Below are positions 34,947 to 44,509 of a stretch of DNA of 48,598 nucleotides, one piece after another. The notes beneath the pieces are model-generated. The model was not told the origin of the DNA and did no database searches. It saw only the letters and a list, made by a program, of their open reading frames with translations. A program made the translations under genes and the position numbers. Position 1 is the stretch's first letter; every line of letters begins with the position of its first letter. Origin of the DNA: a virus (Duplodnaviria > Caudoviricetes); IMG/VR virus record IMGVR_UViG_3300037419_002256, positions 1-48,598 of that record; one strand, 5' to 3'.

Positions 34947-35504
34947 TTAGCTGGTGGTGTGGGGGAAGGACGTCGTCACGAGATCGGACGAGTCAGATTG
35001 AAGCGAGAGCCAGTGACCGGCGAGCTTGACCCGGCCCCAGGCCATGATGATCAGGGTGCCGATCGCAGTCGTGTTCTGGTTGATGCCGAGATACTTGGAC
35101 GGCGGCGGGTCGTTGGACTTGTCGACCGACGGGGCCTTGAAGCTGAGCTCGGAGATGCCGGCCATCATCAGGCTGGCGCCGAGCGACATCAGGCCCATGC
35201 CGTAGATCTGCAAACCGGGGATGAACATCATCACCGCACCGGCAATGAACAGCACGGCACCGATGATGACCTTGGCAGTGCCGCCGCCCCCGTACATCGC
35301 CGGCATGACGTGGATTTCCTTGGCGTCCGTCGGCGCCCGCAGGAGCTCTTCGGTCGGGTAATCGATCACCTCGACCGCGAGGTCGCGATCCCAGTCCGGG
35401 AGCTGCCGGGCAAGGCCGTTCACGGCCTCGGACGGAATGTCCGTCTGGATTTCGAACTCGCGGCCATATTTCTCGGCGAGGAGGCCGTGGAAGATGACCT
35501 TCAT
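34947..35504 (-). CDS. Tail assembly protein (lambda I-like)
   Basis: Ubiquitin-like N-terminus (FHGLLAEKYG...IHVMPAMYGGGG), hydrophobic segment, WGRV. Confidence 0.8.
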   Translation of the reverse strand: MKVIFHGLLAEKYGREFEIQTDIPSEAVNGLARQLPDWDRDLAVEVIDYPTEELLRAPTDAKEIHVMPAMYGGGGTAKVIIGAVLFIAGAVMMFIPGLQIYGMGLMSLGASLMMAGISELSFKAPSVDKSNDPPPSKYLGINQNTTAIGTLIIMAWGRVKLAGHWLSLQSDSSDLVTTSFPHTTS

Positions 35505-35860
35505 GCCCGCACCACGATGCCGCCCTCGACGACCCTATAGGCTTCGACGGCCGGCTCTCCCTTGCGGACGCCGACGATCAGGTGGATGAGCCGCGGCCAG
35601 GCGCGAAACCCCTCGAGATCCTCTTCCGATAAAGTCGGGTCCTGGCCGGGGTGGGTGTGCCAGGTTGCAACTGCCCCCTGCTCGACGTGCTCGAGGAAGG
35701 CCTTCGGTTCGATGCGGAAGCCTTTGACTGGGTCCTCGTGAATGTTGGGGAGCGCAACGACGCAGCCGTTGTCCATGACGACACCGCACATCTCCGGCTC
35801 GCCCGGGGCGAGCTCGTCGAGGTCGATGAAGTCAAGCAGTTCGTGGGTTGTATCGCTCAC
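35501..35860 (-). CDS. JAB/MPN-domain tail protein (lambda K N-terminal-like)
   Basis: EMCGVV, WHTHP, LSEED; GTG start at 35860 inferred. Confidence 0.75.
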   Translation of the reverse strand: MSDTTHELLDFIDLDELAPGEPEMCGVVMDNGCVVALPNIHEDPVKGFRIEPKAFLEHVEQGAVATWHTHPGQDPTLSEEDLEGFRAWPRLIHLIVGVRKGEPAVEAYRVVEGGIVVRA

Positions 35861-36299
35861 GGAGCAGAGCCTCGATGGTGGTTTCGGGGAGGACCGGCCG
35901 GAGATCCGGCACGTCCGGGTGGCGAAGAAGGAAGGTCGTCGAGTTGCGGTAGAAATCGCGGTAGGGCTCGACGCTGCTGAACCGACCGCGCAGGTGGTGG
36001 AGCAGCTTGTTGTCACCGACGTAGATGGCGAAGTGGTTCGGGTTGCTCGACCCGATCGCGAGGCAGAAAACATCCGCCGGCCGGATGTCCTTGGCCGTCC
36101 AGTCGGGGAGCATCCGGAAGCCTTCGCGCTCGTGCAGCTGACGGATCAGGTCGTGCCTATCGGCTGACCAGTCGTGCGGCCGGGCGTAGGGCGTGAGCTC
36201 GATCCCGAAATTGTCGCGAAAGAAGTCGCGGCCAAGCTCGTAGCAGTCGCGCTCGGCGCTATACGGAAGGCCGACAAGGTGCTCGTAGCGCAGCGTCAC
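35832..36299 (-). CDS. NlpC/P60 tail protein (lambda K C-terminal-like)
   Basis: DCYEL, NHFAIYVG, LLHH. Confidence 0.85.
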   Translation of the reverse strand: MTLRYEHLVGLPYSAERDCYELGRDFFRDNFGIELTPYARPHDWSADRHDLIRQLHEREGFRMLPDWTAKDIRPADVFCLAIGSSNPNHFAIYVGDNKLLHHLRGRFSSVEPYRDFYRNSTTFLLRHPDVPDLRPVLPETTIEALLRERYNPRTA

Positions 36300-36790
36300 T
36301 GGAGCACCGCCGGGAAGGCTGGCGGGAAGTACTGCCGGAACGGCAGCGTGAACCCCAGCGCGTCAGAGGCTGTCGCCAGCTGGAGCTCGATGAGCAGCCG
36401 GTTGTAGGACGGCACGCGCTTCACGCGATAGGTCCACTTCTCGTAGACTGGCAGGTTGGCCTTCGCGTTGTCGAGCAGCACCTTCTTGTGGACGACCGTG
36501 GCCCCGTCGAGGTAGCCGTCGTAGGCCAGCGGCTTGAACGGCGAGAGATCGATCGAGCCGTCGCCGAGTGTCAGCTTCGGCATCAGCGCGCTGCCGTCGC
36601 TGGACTTCTTGATGCCGTTGAGCGTGATCGGCAGACCCTCATAGGTCTGGCCCTGCCAGGTGAGGTCGTTGTCGGCCTTGAAATAGACGGTCCCGCCGCC
36701 GCCGGCCGGCGTCAGCTCGAACAGATCGATCTCGGCGTCCGCCGTGAGCTTCTGTGCGTCTTGGATATGTCCGGAGGGGATCGCAGTCAC
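36296..36790 (-). CDS. Minor tail protein (lambda L-like)
   Basis: IDLFEL, LTWQGQTYEGLPI, PKLT, LPFRQ; upstream of K/I/J. Confidence 0.75.
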   Translation of the reverse strand: MTAIPSGHIQDAQKLTADAEIDLFELTPAGGGGTVYFKADNDLTWQGQTYEGLPITLNGIKKSSDGSALMPKLTLGDGSIDLSPFKPLAYDGYLDGATVVHKKVLLDNAKANLPVYEKWTYRVKRVPSYNRLLIELQLATASDALGFTLPFRQYFPPAFPAVLQ

Positions 36791-36835
36791 CGCCCAGCCT
36801 GTATGTTCGGGTGACTGTGGTGGACTAGGCCCGAC

Positions 36836-36845
36836 TGTGGATTAG
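36836..36845 (-). promoter_or_regulatory. Late motif CTAATCCACA, copy upstream of the L-like gene
   Basis: Exact 10-mer, 45 nt before the GTG at 36790. Confidence 0.75.
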
Positions 36846-36863
36846 ACTCAGTCAGATGCAACG

Positions 36864-36891
36864 AAAAAGGCCGGAGCTTTCGCCCCGGCCT
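36864..36891 (-). terminator. Rho-independent terminator after the major tail gene
   Basis: AGGCCGGGGC-GAAA-GCTCCGGCCT followed by a T run on the - strand. Confidence 0.8.
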
Positions 36892-36916
36892 CTCCCGTTC
36901 CTAACTGAATGGCCCG

Positions 36917-37759
36917 TTAGGCGGCGTAGACCTTGCCGGTCGCGCGCGTGCCGATCTCGGCGAGGCGCCCGGTTGCTTCCGACGCGGAGAGCAGGAGCGC
37001 CCGCATCTCCCACGGCATGCCGCCGTACTGGGTCTCGGTAAACGAGAGGTTGAAGCCCTTGATGATCTGCACCTTGGGCGCGATGTACACGACCGGGCGA
37101 TTGAAGTTCGCCAGGGTGCCGACGATCTTGACCTGGAACAGGTCGCCCTCGTCGATCGAGCCGGCCGCGATCTCGGTCACGACCCACACGACCGCGTTGA
37201 CCGGGAAGCTCATTCCCGCCGGGATCGGCGTGTCGGTGATGTCGATCGTGTGGACACCGCCCGCGTAGGTCGAGGCGGTCTTCACGCGCGCCGGGAAGAT
37301 CAGCTCGGGCGTGGTCGGGTCCTGGATGAGGACGGTCGCGCCGGCTGCAACCGCACCCGCGGCGGTGCCGAGCGAGCTCGTCGCCTCGCCCGGGATCGGG
37401 TTGTCGGCGACCGAAAGCGACGTGGCCGCGGCGTTGGCGACCGCGGTCAGCTTGCCGCGCTTGGCGGTCACGGCGTTCGATGCGGCCAGGCCCGAGGCGC
37501 GCAGGATGTTCTCGGCCGAATATTCCTGGACGGTGCAGTTGATCGAGGTGGCGACGTTGGTGCGCTTGGAATCGACCAGCGCCTGGGCGATGCCGGTCGT
37601 CAGATCGATGCTGCCGCTGTCGATCACGACGGCGACTTCCTTCGACAGGCCGATGCCGTCATTCGCGGGGGTGAGTTCGTGGACGGGGGTCCCGGTGCCG
37701 AACTTCGACATCATCAGTGTCGCGCTCGACAACATGAAAGCATTCTTCTTGGCCGTCAT
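36917..37759 (-). CDS. Probable major tail (tube) protein
   Basis: 280 aa, Ala/Thr/Gly-rich, strong GAGGAG SD, own terminator, strongly biased codons. Confidence 0.6.
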   Translation of the reverse strand: MTAKKNAFMLSSATLMMSKFGTGTPVHELTPANDGIGLSKEVAVVIDSGSIDLTTGIAQALVDSKRTNVATSINCTVQEYSAENILRASGLAASNAVTAKRGKLTAVANAAATSLSVADNPIPGEATSSLGTAAGAVAAGATVLIQDPTTPELIFPARVKTASTYAGGVHTIDITDTPIPAGMSFPVNAVVWVVTEIAAGSIDEGDLFQVKIVGTLANFNRPVVYIAPKVQIIKGFNLSFTETQYGGMPWEMRALLLSASEATGRLAEIGTRATGKVYAA

Positions 37760-37857
37760 TGGCGTAGGCTCCTCGAGGGGTGACGAAACTTGCAGATCAC
37801 CCTTTGAGAGCGAGCCCCCGCGACTTCACGGAGAAGCGCGGCCACCGCAATCCACCG

Positions 37858-38409
37858 TTAGGTGAGCGCCCCGACGGTGATGCCCATTGCGATGACGGCC
37901 CGAGTGACCTTCCGACCGCCCAAAAGGTCGTCGGTCTGGACCGGTCGGCCGGTGATAATCTGGGACTGCTCGAAGTTCTGGCTCGTCCGGAAGTCGGTGA
38001 GTTGCCTCGCGAGCATTTCCACGGCGACCCAGATCATGCCGAGATCCTCAAGCGGGCCGTCCCGGTCCAGCTGCGTGACCGTGTCGGTGACCTTGGTGCG
38101 CCTCTCCCACTTGAGCTGGTCCGTCGCTTCGAACAGGCGCCAGCTCTGCCAGATTGTCCCCTCGGGCTGGTCGGAAGGCCCGTTGTAGCCGACGATGTAA
38201 TGCGAGCCGGCCGGCGTCCTCAGAACCATTCCGGGCTTCACCGCAGTCACCGCCGAGGTGCGGAGGACATGCCGCGGGTTGATGAACACGTTGACCGGCA
38301 GCTGCTTCTGATCGGCCTCGGTCACGACGCCCATGATGATGCCGCTGCCGCCCTCGACGACCGTGAGCGGGATTTCAAAGCGGCTGTTGATCTTGGACAG
38401 ACTGGCCAT
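37858..38409 (-). CDS. Virion structural protein (possible head-closure/connector)
   Basis: Beta-rich protein in the structural module; no diagnostic motif recognised. Confidence 0.45.
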   Translation of the reverse strand: MASLSKINSRFEIPLTVVEGGSGIIMGVVTEADQKQLPVNVFINPRHVLRTSAVTAVKPGMVLRTPAGSHYIVGYNGPSDQPEGTIWQSWRLFEATDQLKWERRTKVTDTVTQLDRDGPLEDLGMIWVAVEMLARQLTDFRTSQNFEQSQIITGRPVQTDDLLGGRKVTRAVIAMGITVGALT

Positions 38410-38410
38410 G

Positions 38411-38809
38411 TTAGTAACCCGGGTTATGCTCGATGAGCTTGATGTCGAACTTGTCGATCAGCCCACCGGAGTTGACGATTGCTTCGGGCACCTGGACGGG
38501 CTCGGCGAAGCGGCACTTCATCGCCCCCAGATGGGGATGCACGAAGTCGAAATTGTCCCAGGTTCCGTTGGCCTGGTAGAAGATCTCGAGCCGGCGGGCG
38601 TTGTAGCGCGGATTGGTGATGGCGTCGTAGAGCCCGGTGCCGCCGAGATACCAGTACATGCCCTGCAGCGTGACGATGAACGTCCGCTGGTAGGGAATCT
38701 TCGGCTTGGCCGAGAAGAACCAGCCGTTCATCGAGATGCCGTCGACCGGCTTGGGCGGCACGGTCTTCGCGATCATGTACTTCGGACAGAAGTCGAATTG
38801 GCCCGACAC
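38411..38809 (-). CDS. Distal tail protein (lambda M-like)
   Basis: Directly after the tape measure; LEIFYQANGTWDNFDFVHP pattern. Confidence 0.65.
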   Translation of the reverse strand: MSGQFDFCPKYMIAKTVPPKPVDGISMNGWFFSAKPKIPYQRTFIVTLQGMYWYLGGTGLYDAITNPRYNARRLEIFYQANGTWDNFDFVHPHLGAMKCRFAEPVQVPEAIVNSGGLIDKFDIKLIEHNPGY

Positions 38810-38811
38810 CG

Positions 38812-41800
38812 TTAACCTCCCTGTGCCACTTGCTTGATCAGCTGCTTGGTGGGGCCCCCGCGGTAGATGTCCTCCTGGAGGATCACGAGGACGTCGTTCG
38901 GGCCCATCGTCGGCTGCTGGTCCTTCGAGACGACGTAGACGTTCATGAGCTGCTGGGCGGGCGGCGGCATGACGATCTTCGGCGCCAGCGCGCTGAGCGC
39001 CATTGCCCCGTGCTCATTGAGCTGCCGCATGAAGTCGAGGCCGACGCTGTCGACCGCACGCTTGCGAACGACATACTCGCCCCGGGCGATCCGCGCCGGG
39101 ACGCTGTCGCGATTGGGGACCCCGTCGACGATGTAGCGGCCGGAGAGGGCGTGGATCTCGCCGCCGTAGAGGTTGCCGAGGCCCGGAAGCGAATCGATCC
39201 CCATCCCGGCCGGCGTCGAGAGCGTTCCTGCGTCCATGTTGGGGACCGCGATGCTGCCGCCGCTGTTCCCGCTCGAGAACCCGATCAGGATCTCCATCAC
39301 CTTGACGGCCATCATCTTGGCGATGAGCTGGATCAGGTAGCCGATGATGGCCTTCACCATGTGGGCGAAGGCCTGCTTCATCGACACCGTGCCCGACAGG
39401 ATCTCGGTGAAGAACTGCGCGAACGCATCCTGGGCCGTGCTGAACGCCTCGGTCAGGTGCATCGAGACCATTTCGGTGAACGAGGCCGTGAGGTGATTGG
39501 CCTCGCGGTAATTCTCGATCGCCATTTGCAGGTTGGTGCTGAAGCTCTGCGGGATCAGTCCGCCTTCGAGGCTTGCCTTGAGCTCGTCGGTGTTGTTCTG
39601 AAGTGCAGTGATCTGGTCGTTGAGCTGCTGGAGGCGCTGGACCCCTGGGTCGTCCTTGCCGAGCAGTCCGACACCGCCGGCCGCATCGAGCATGCTGTTG
39701 AGCTCATCCCGCGTCGAGATGAGCTTCTTGAGCTCCGCCTCCTGGATCTGGACCTGGTCGACATCGCGCTGGTCCTTCGCCCGGGCCGCGGCGCGCTCGT
39801 AGGTCGCCTGGACATAGTCGGGCACCCTGCCCGCCAGGTTCGCACGGCCAAGGGCGTTCACGCGCGCGTCGGCCAGTCGCTGCTGGTGATCAGCGGCTTC
39901 CTCGGCGCGCTTGGCGACTTCCTCGATGGCGTTGACCATCGTGTCGATCGCCTTCTCGATCGCCTCCCCAACCTTGCGCTGGACCTCTTCCTTCTTCGCC
40001 TCGATCTCATCGTTCAGCGCGTCGAGCATGTTCCTGCCCTTGACGCTGTTCGGGTCGATCTTCAGGCGCTTCATCTCGTCCTGGACCTGCTTCGTGCGGT
40101 CCGCGATCCAGTCGTCGAGCGAGGCGTTGACCCGGTCGAGGTTGGCCTTGAACTGGGCGGGCGTCAGGTTGCGGGTCTTGCTGATGATGATCTCGGCGTC
40201 GCCCGTGACCGACGAGGCCGTGTCCAGCAGTCCCTTGATCGCTTGGTTGAGCTGAGCCTGAGCGGCCTTCACCTGCTCCGCGTCGACCGCCGCGTCCTGC
40301 CGGGCGCCGAGGTTACGGCCGCGGTGTTGCTTCTCCGCGGGGCCGTGCGGAGAGTTGCCGCTGCCGAGATAGCTCTGGGCCTGCGCGATGAGCTGCAGGT
40401 AGGCGCCCTGCACGCTCTCGCTCTTGCCCTCCATCGCCTTCGACATGACGGCGATCTGCGCCTTGATGACACTGTCGGGCTGACCGGCGAGGTTCGAAAC
40501 CGTGTTCTGCAGGCTGACGCCCTTTGGCGTCGTCAGCTGCCCGACGATGTCGAGCTGCTTTCCGGCCCGGATGGCCTGACTGTTCGCCGCGACGCCTTGC
40601 GCGACCTGGCTCGTCCACTGCTCGACGAAGCGCCTCGCCGCGGCGTCCCCGAGCTTCTCGCCGGCGTTGGACAAAGCGGTAAGCGCGACCGTGTCGTTCG
40701 CGTGGCTGGCGACATAGGCCAACTGCTTCTGGATGCTGGCCGGCAGGGTGCTGAAAATGTCCCCGTTGCGCGCGGTCGCCATGAGGCTGTTCGCGGCATC
40801 GAAATGCTCGCCCTTCGAGGCGCGCTGCTGGGCAACGATCGTCGCTAGCGCCTGCCCCTGGAGCTTGAGCTCCTCGAGCCGGTAGGCGTGCAGCGCCTCT
40901 CGCAAATTGTCGAAGCTGAGCGCGGCACCGTCGAGATACTTGGCCAGCCCGTCGAAGCGCGCGATCAGCGTCGAGGTCTCGGCGGCGAGCGCCACATGGT
41001 CGGTCCGCAGCTCCTTGGAGCGGACGCCGACCCGCTCGGTCGCGTCGTCGACCGCTTGCAGCGTCTGGGTGTGCTTGTTGAACTCGTCGGTCGCCTTGTT
41101 GATGGCGGTGTTGGTTTCCTCGATCGCTTCGGCGTTCGCGCCCTCGGCGTCGGTCAGCTCCTTCTTCTGGTCGAGGTAATGCGCCATCGCGACCTGGATC
41201 CGGTCCTGCGCCTCGAAGTCGAAGTAGCCGGTTGCGTTGTAGAGCTTCTGCAGACGCTGGATCTCCGGGTCGCCGGCAGCGTCGTTGATGATGTGCAGAT
41301 ATTCCTTCAGCGCCTCGGTGGCCGGCTTGATCGCGTGCTCGACCCCGTCGTTGATGACGTTCTTGGTCCGCTGCCACTCGGCCGCGAGCGAGTCCTGGCC
41401 CTTGGCTGCGGCCTCGGCGGCGGCGCCGATCTGGTTCTGCGCGAGGATCTCCTCGTTGATCGCATTGCGGTTGTTCTTGAGGACGAGGTAGGCCGCGGCG
41501 CCGCGCTTCTCGAGCGAGCCGTAGGCCGCTGAGGCGTCGAACCCGGCCGCGGCGAGCCGGTTCAGCACTTCCGGCAGTCCGAGATGCGCGACGTCGATGT
41601 CCTTCATCGACAGGCCGAGCTTCTTCATCTCGTCGGAGAGCTTCTTGGTCGGGTTCTGGAGATCGGTCAGGAACTGGCGCAGGCCGGTGCCGATGGTCGA
41701 ACCGGACTTGATGCCGGCCTGGGCCATGACGGCCATGGTCGCGGTCAGCTCTTCGAAGCTGATATTCTCGTCGTGCGCGGTCTGGCCGGCGTATTGGATG

Positions 41801-43350
41801 CCGAGCGCGACCTGCTGGAGGTTGAGCTTCGTGCGGTTCAGGGCGACTGTGAGGACGTCGCTGATGTGGCCGGTCTCGCCGGCCTGCAGCTGGAACGAAC
41901 CGATCGCCGAAGTGATGACGTCGGTCGCGCTCTGGATGTCGACACCAGCCGCGGTGGCGAGGTCCGAGATGCTCTTGAGCGACTGCACGATGTCGCCCTG
42001 GCTGAAACCGGCCTGGGCAAGCGTCGTCGCGGCATCCGCGAGGTCGAGCGTCGAGAAGCGCGAGGTCTTGCCGACGTCGGCGACCGTGTCCGCGAGCTCC
42101 TTCATCTGGGTCGCGGTCGCCCCGGAAATCGCACCGAGCTTCTGGATCTTGTCTTCGAACTGGATCGAGTACTCGATCCCGGCCTTCATCGCGCTGACGG
42201 TCTCGAAGATGACCGAGGCGGCGGTGCCGTAGGCGAAGGTTCGAGCGAAGATGCCGCTGACGCCGGTCGCCCCGAAGAGACCCGGGGGCGTCCTCCCGCC
42301 CCCGCCGCCTCCGCCGGGCGTCCCGGGCGAGCGAATACCGGGCGGCAGCGGAGGCCCGATCGTGCCGGGCTTCGGCTGCGCCTGCTGGATCAGCATCCGG
42401 TTTTCGTTCTCGAGCTGGCGGACGCGCTGATCGGCGACGGCCAGGCGGGTCTGATCGAGCTTGAGCAGCTGCTCGGCCGAGCTCCGCTCCTTCATGGCGA
42501 GACCGTTGATCTGCTCTGCGCGAGCAGCGATGCGGTCCTCGAGCTCGGCCTGGCGGGCCCGAGCGGCTCCGAGGTTCGCCGTCGAAAGCAACTCCTGCTC
42601 GGCGGCTCGCGCGGCTCGAGTCTTGAGCTGGACGGTGGCGGCATTGGCCACCGTCGACGTGGCGTTGGCTCGTTCTTCCGCGGCGATGCGCTGGTCGATC
42701 AGCCGGATGCGCTGCTTCTCGAGCTCGATGACCTGGAGAAGCGTCCGCTGATCTTCGGCGGTGGTGTAGGGATTGCGGGCAGCAGCGCGGAGAGCACCAA
42801 GCTGGCTCGACGAGTTCGCCCGCATTGCAGTGAGATCCGCCGCCTTGGCGATCTCGACCTCCTGCTGCATCCGGTCGCGGCCGAGCTTGATGATGTTCTG
42901 CTCGCGGATGCGCTGGACGGTGGTCTCGTTGGCGAGCATCTCGGCCCGCGTCTTCGCGTTGACCTTGTCGACCGAGGCGAGCTGGACGCGCTCGACGTCG
43001 GCCCACATCTTCGCTTCCTGCGCCGCCTTCTTGTTGGCGAGGTTCGTCTCGAGCTTCTCGCGCGCGGCATAGGCCGCGTTGATCTCGCTCTGCTTGGTGA
43101 AGTTCGGGTCGAGCTTCTGGATGTTCGCCTGGAACCGCTCGAGCGTGCTGACCGTCTTGTTGAAATTGTTCAGCGTCTGCTGGAGCGAGCCACCGAAGGC
43201 CTCGGCGGCGGCTTTGGACCCTTGCTGGATCCTGGTGACCTGCTGTTGGATGGAGCGAAGACGGGTTTCGATAGCCGAGATGGCGCGATCGACAGCACCG
43301 CCGTCGGCATCCAATACCACTTCAGTTTCGAAAGTGCCGCCGTCTCGCAT
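38812..43350 (-). CDS. Tail tape measure protein
   Basis: About 1510 aa, Ala-rich, TP901-type core (LAQAGFS...GTGLRQ), C-terminal ARGEYVVR; ATG at 43350 preferred. Confidence 0.92.
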   Translation of the reverse strand: MRDGGTFETEVVLDADGGAVDRAISAIETRLRSIQQQVTRIQQGSKAAAEAFGGSLQQTLNNFNKTVSTLERFQANIQKLDPNFTKQSEINAAYAAREKLETNLANKKAAQEAKMWADVERVQLASVDKVNAKTRAEMLANETTVQRIREQNIIKLGRDRMQQEVEIAKAADLTAMRANSSSQLGALRAAARNPYTTAEDQRTLLQVIELEKQRIRLIDQRIAAEERANATSTVANAATVQLKTRAARAAEQELLSTANLGAARARQAELEDRIAARAEQINGLAMKERSSAEQLLKLDQTRLAVADQRVRQLENENRMLIQQAQPKPGTIGPPLPPGIRSPGTPGGGGGGGRTPPGLFGATGVSGIFARTFAYGTAASVIFETVSAMKAGIEYSIQFEDKIQKLGAISGATATQMKELADTVADVGKTSRFSTLDLADAATTLAQAGFSQGDIVQSLKSISDLATAAGVDIQSATDVITSAIGSFQLQAGETGHISDVLTVALNRTKLNLQQVALGIQYAGQTAHDENISFEELTATMAVMAQAGIKSGSTIGTGLRQFLTDLQNPTKKLSDEMKKLGLSMKDIDVAHLGLPEVLNRLAAAGFDASAAYGSLEKRGAAAYLVLKNNRNAINEEILAQNQIGAAAEAAAKGQDSLAAEWQRTKNVINDGVEHAIKPATEALKEYLHIINDAAGDPEIQRLQKLYNATGYFDFEAQDRIQVAMAHYLDQKKELTDAEGANAEAIEETNTAINKATDEFNKHTQTLQAVDDATERVGVRSKELRTDHVALAAETSTLIARFDGLAKYLDGAALSFDNLREALHAYRLEELKLQGQALATIVAQQRASKGEHFDAANSLMATARNGDIFSTLPASIQKQLAYVASHANDTVALTALSNAGEKLGDAAARRFVEQWTSQVAQGVAANSQAIRAGKQLDIVGQLTTPKGVSLQNTVSNLAGQPDSVIKAQIAVMSKAMEGKSESVQGAYLQLIAQAQSYLGSGNSPHGPAEKQHRGRNLGARQDAAVDAEQVKAAQAQLNQAIKGLLDTASSVTGDAEIIISKTRNLTPAQFKANLDRVNASLDDWIADRTKQVQDEMKRLKIDPNSVKGRNMLDALNDEIEAKKEEVQRKVGEAIEKAIDTMVNAIEEVAKRAEEAADHQQRLADARVNALGRANLAGRVPDYVQATYERAAARAKDQRDVDQVQIQEAELKKLISTRDELNSMLDAAGGVGLLGKDDPGVQRLQQLNDQITALQNNTDELKASLEGGLIPQSFSTNLQMAIENYREANHLTASFTEMVSMHLTEAFSTAQDAFAQFFTEILSGTVSMKQAFAHMVKAIIGYLIQLIAKMMAVKVMEILIGFSSGNSGGSIAVPNMDAGTLSTPAGMGIDSLPGLGNLYGGEIHALSGRYIVDGVPNRDSVPARIARGEYVVRKRAVDSVGLDFMRQLNEHGAMALSALAPKIVMPPPAQQLMNVYVVSKDQQPTMGPNDVLVILQEDIYRGGPTKQLIKQVAQGG

Positions 43351-43395
43351 CCCCACGGTCTCAACCGGAGTGGGGCACCAAATTCACGGCTGGCT

Positions 43396-43405
43396 TGTGG
43401 ATTAG
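43396..43405 (-). promoter_or_regulatory. Late motif CTAATCCACA, copy upstream of the tape measure gene
   Basis: Exact 10-mer, 45 nt before the ATG at 43350. Confidence 0.75.
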
Positions 43406-43533
43406 CCCTCCACCGCGGTCAGATTTCGCGGTGGAGGGCCCCGTCCCCGGGAGATGTAACGATCACCTCCTTTCGCAGCCTAAGCTGAGGGTGATCTAAT
43501 CGCGCGGGATGTCAGCCCGCACGGGAAAAGGCG

Positions 43534-43920
43534 TCAACCAACATTCAAGGCCGCGTTCATCGCCGCGAGGGCGGCGTCGTACGACGGTGCCTCGGCGAGA
43601 TCGGTGTAGTCACCCTTGGCCGGCGTCGGCCCGTCCTGCTTGTCGCCGAAGATGCCGGCGACCACCTGGGCGAACGCCGTGTACTGACAAAGCATTCTCG
43701 CGTTGAGCTCACCGAACTTGAGCTTCATCCGGCCGATCAGCTCGTAGAAGCTAAGCCGCCAGTAGAGATCCTCGAGATCGCCTTCGTCGACCCCGAACGC
43801 CCAGCAGATACCTTCCTCGAACGTCAGCTCTGAGAACCATTGTTCGAGGGGGCGGACGGGGCTGCTGCCTTGAATTGCTCGCTCAACTGCTTGAGCCCGC
43901 CCGCCGAGGTCGCGAAAAAA
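43534..43920 (-). CDS. Tail assembly chaperone T-like extension (frameshift product)
   Basis: -1 frame ORF overlapping G, entered at T-TTT-TTC. Confidence 0.7.
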   Translation of the reverse strand, partial: FFRDLGGRAQAVERAIQGSSPVRPLEQWFSELTFEEGICWAFGVDEGDLEDLYWRLSFYELIGRMKLKFGELNARMLCQYTAFAQVVAGIFGDKQDGPTPAKGDYTDLAEAPSYDAALAAMNAALNVG

Positions 43921-44243
43921 TACAGGAGGTGTCCCGTGACCCACTGAAGGAGCTTGTCGACCTGATCCGGATCGTCGAGGCCGATTTCATCGACCGGCTT
44001 CAGCTCGGTCTCGATGTCCTTCACCATTTTCTTGATCGGCGTCATGCAACGCCGAACGATATAGTCCCGGGTGTACGGGTCGGAGAGCACGGTATCGATC
44101 ACGGCTGCGGGATCGGGGACGGTGCGCTGCAGGTCGTTGAACAGCCCGTAGCTGAGCTTCACCGTATAGTCTTCGCCGTCCTCGAGCTTGACCGTGCAGG
44201 TCAGGGGTGGCCGGGTAAAGCCGGCGGCGGTGGCCGCGGTCAT
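43824..44243 (-). CDS. Tail assembly chaperone G-like
   Basis: ATG 44243 (MTAATAAG), upstream of the tape measure, carries an in-phase slippery heptamer. Confidence 0.7.
   Translation of the reverse strand: MTAATAAGFTRPPLTCTVKLEDGEDYTVKLSYGLFNDLQRTVPDPAAVIDTVLSDPYTRDYIVRRCMTPIKKMVKDIETELKPVDEIGLDDPDQVDKLLQWVTGHLLYFFATSAGGLKQLSEQFKAAAPSAPSNNGSQS
43914..43920 (-). other. Programmed -1 ribosomal frameshift site
   Basis: T TTT TTC in X-XXY-YYZ phase (YFF to FFRDLGG). Confidence 0.7.
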
Positions 44244-44455
44244 CCCTGCACCGCCGGGTCGTCGCGAACGATGCGGTCCATCAGCATGTTCCGCAGCGCT
44301 GCGTCGAGCGAAATGTGCTTGCCGAGACCGAGGCGGAGAAGCCGGTTGGCGAGCTGGTTGAGAGGGATACCTTCGGCCTGCGCCTTCTCGGCGAGTTCGA
44401 GGTAGAACGGGGTCTCGACGCGGAGCGTGAAACTGCGGTGGCTTTGCTTTGACAT
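44240..44455 (-). CDS. Ribbon-helix-helix (Arc/HicB-like) DNA-binding protein
   Basis: SFTLRVETPFYLELAEKAQAEGIPLNQLANRLL. Confidence 0.75.
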   Translation of the reverse strand: MSKQSHRSFTLRVETPFYLELAEKAQAEGIPLNQLANRLLRLGLGKHISLDAALRNMLMDRIVRDDPAVQG

Positions 44456-44499
44456 AACCGCGCCTTACGGTGGACCGCGGTTGCCGGTGAATGTCGTCT

Positions 44500-44509
44500 T
44501 GTGGATTAG
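44500..44509 (-). promoter_or_regulatory. Late motif CTAATCCACA, copy upstream of the RHH gene
   Basis: Exact 10-mer, 44 nt before the ATG at 44455. Confidence 0.75.

Noticed and set aside
37848-37856. CAATCCACC near the major tail gene as a sixth late box
   Set aside because: Two mismatches, opposite orientation and wrong spacing
44240-44455. HicAB toxin-antitoxin pair
   Set aside because: RHH protein only; no adjacent HicA-like toxin, and its neighbour is the tail chaperone
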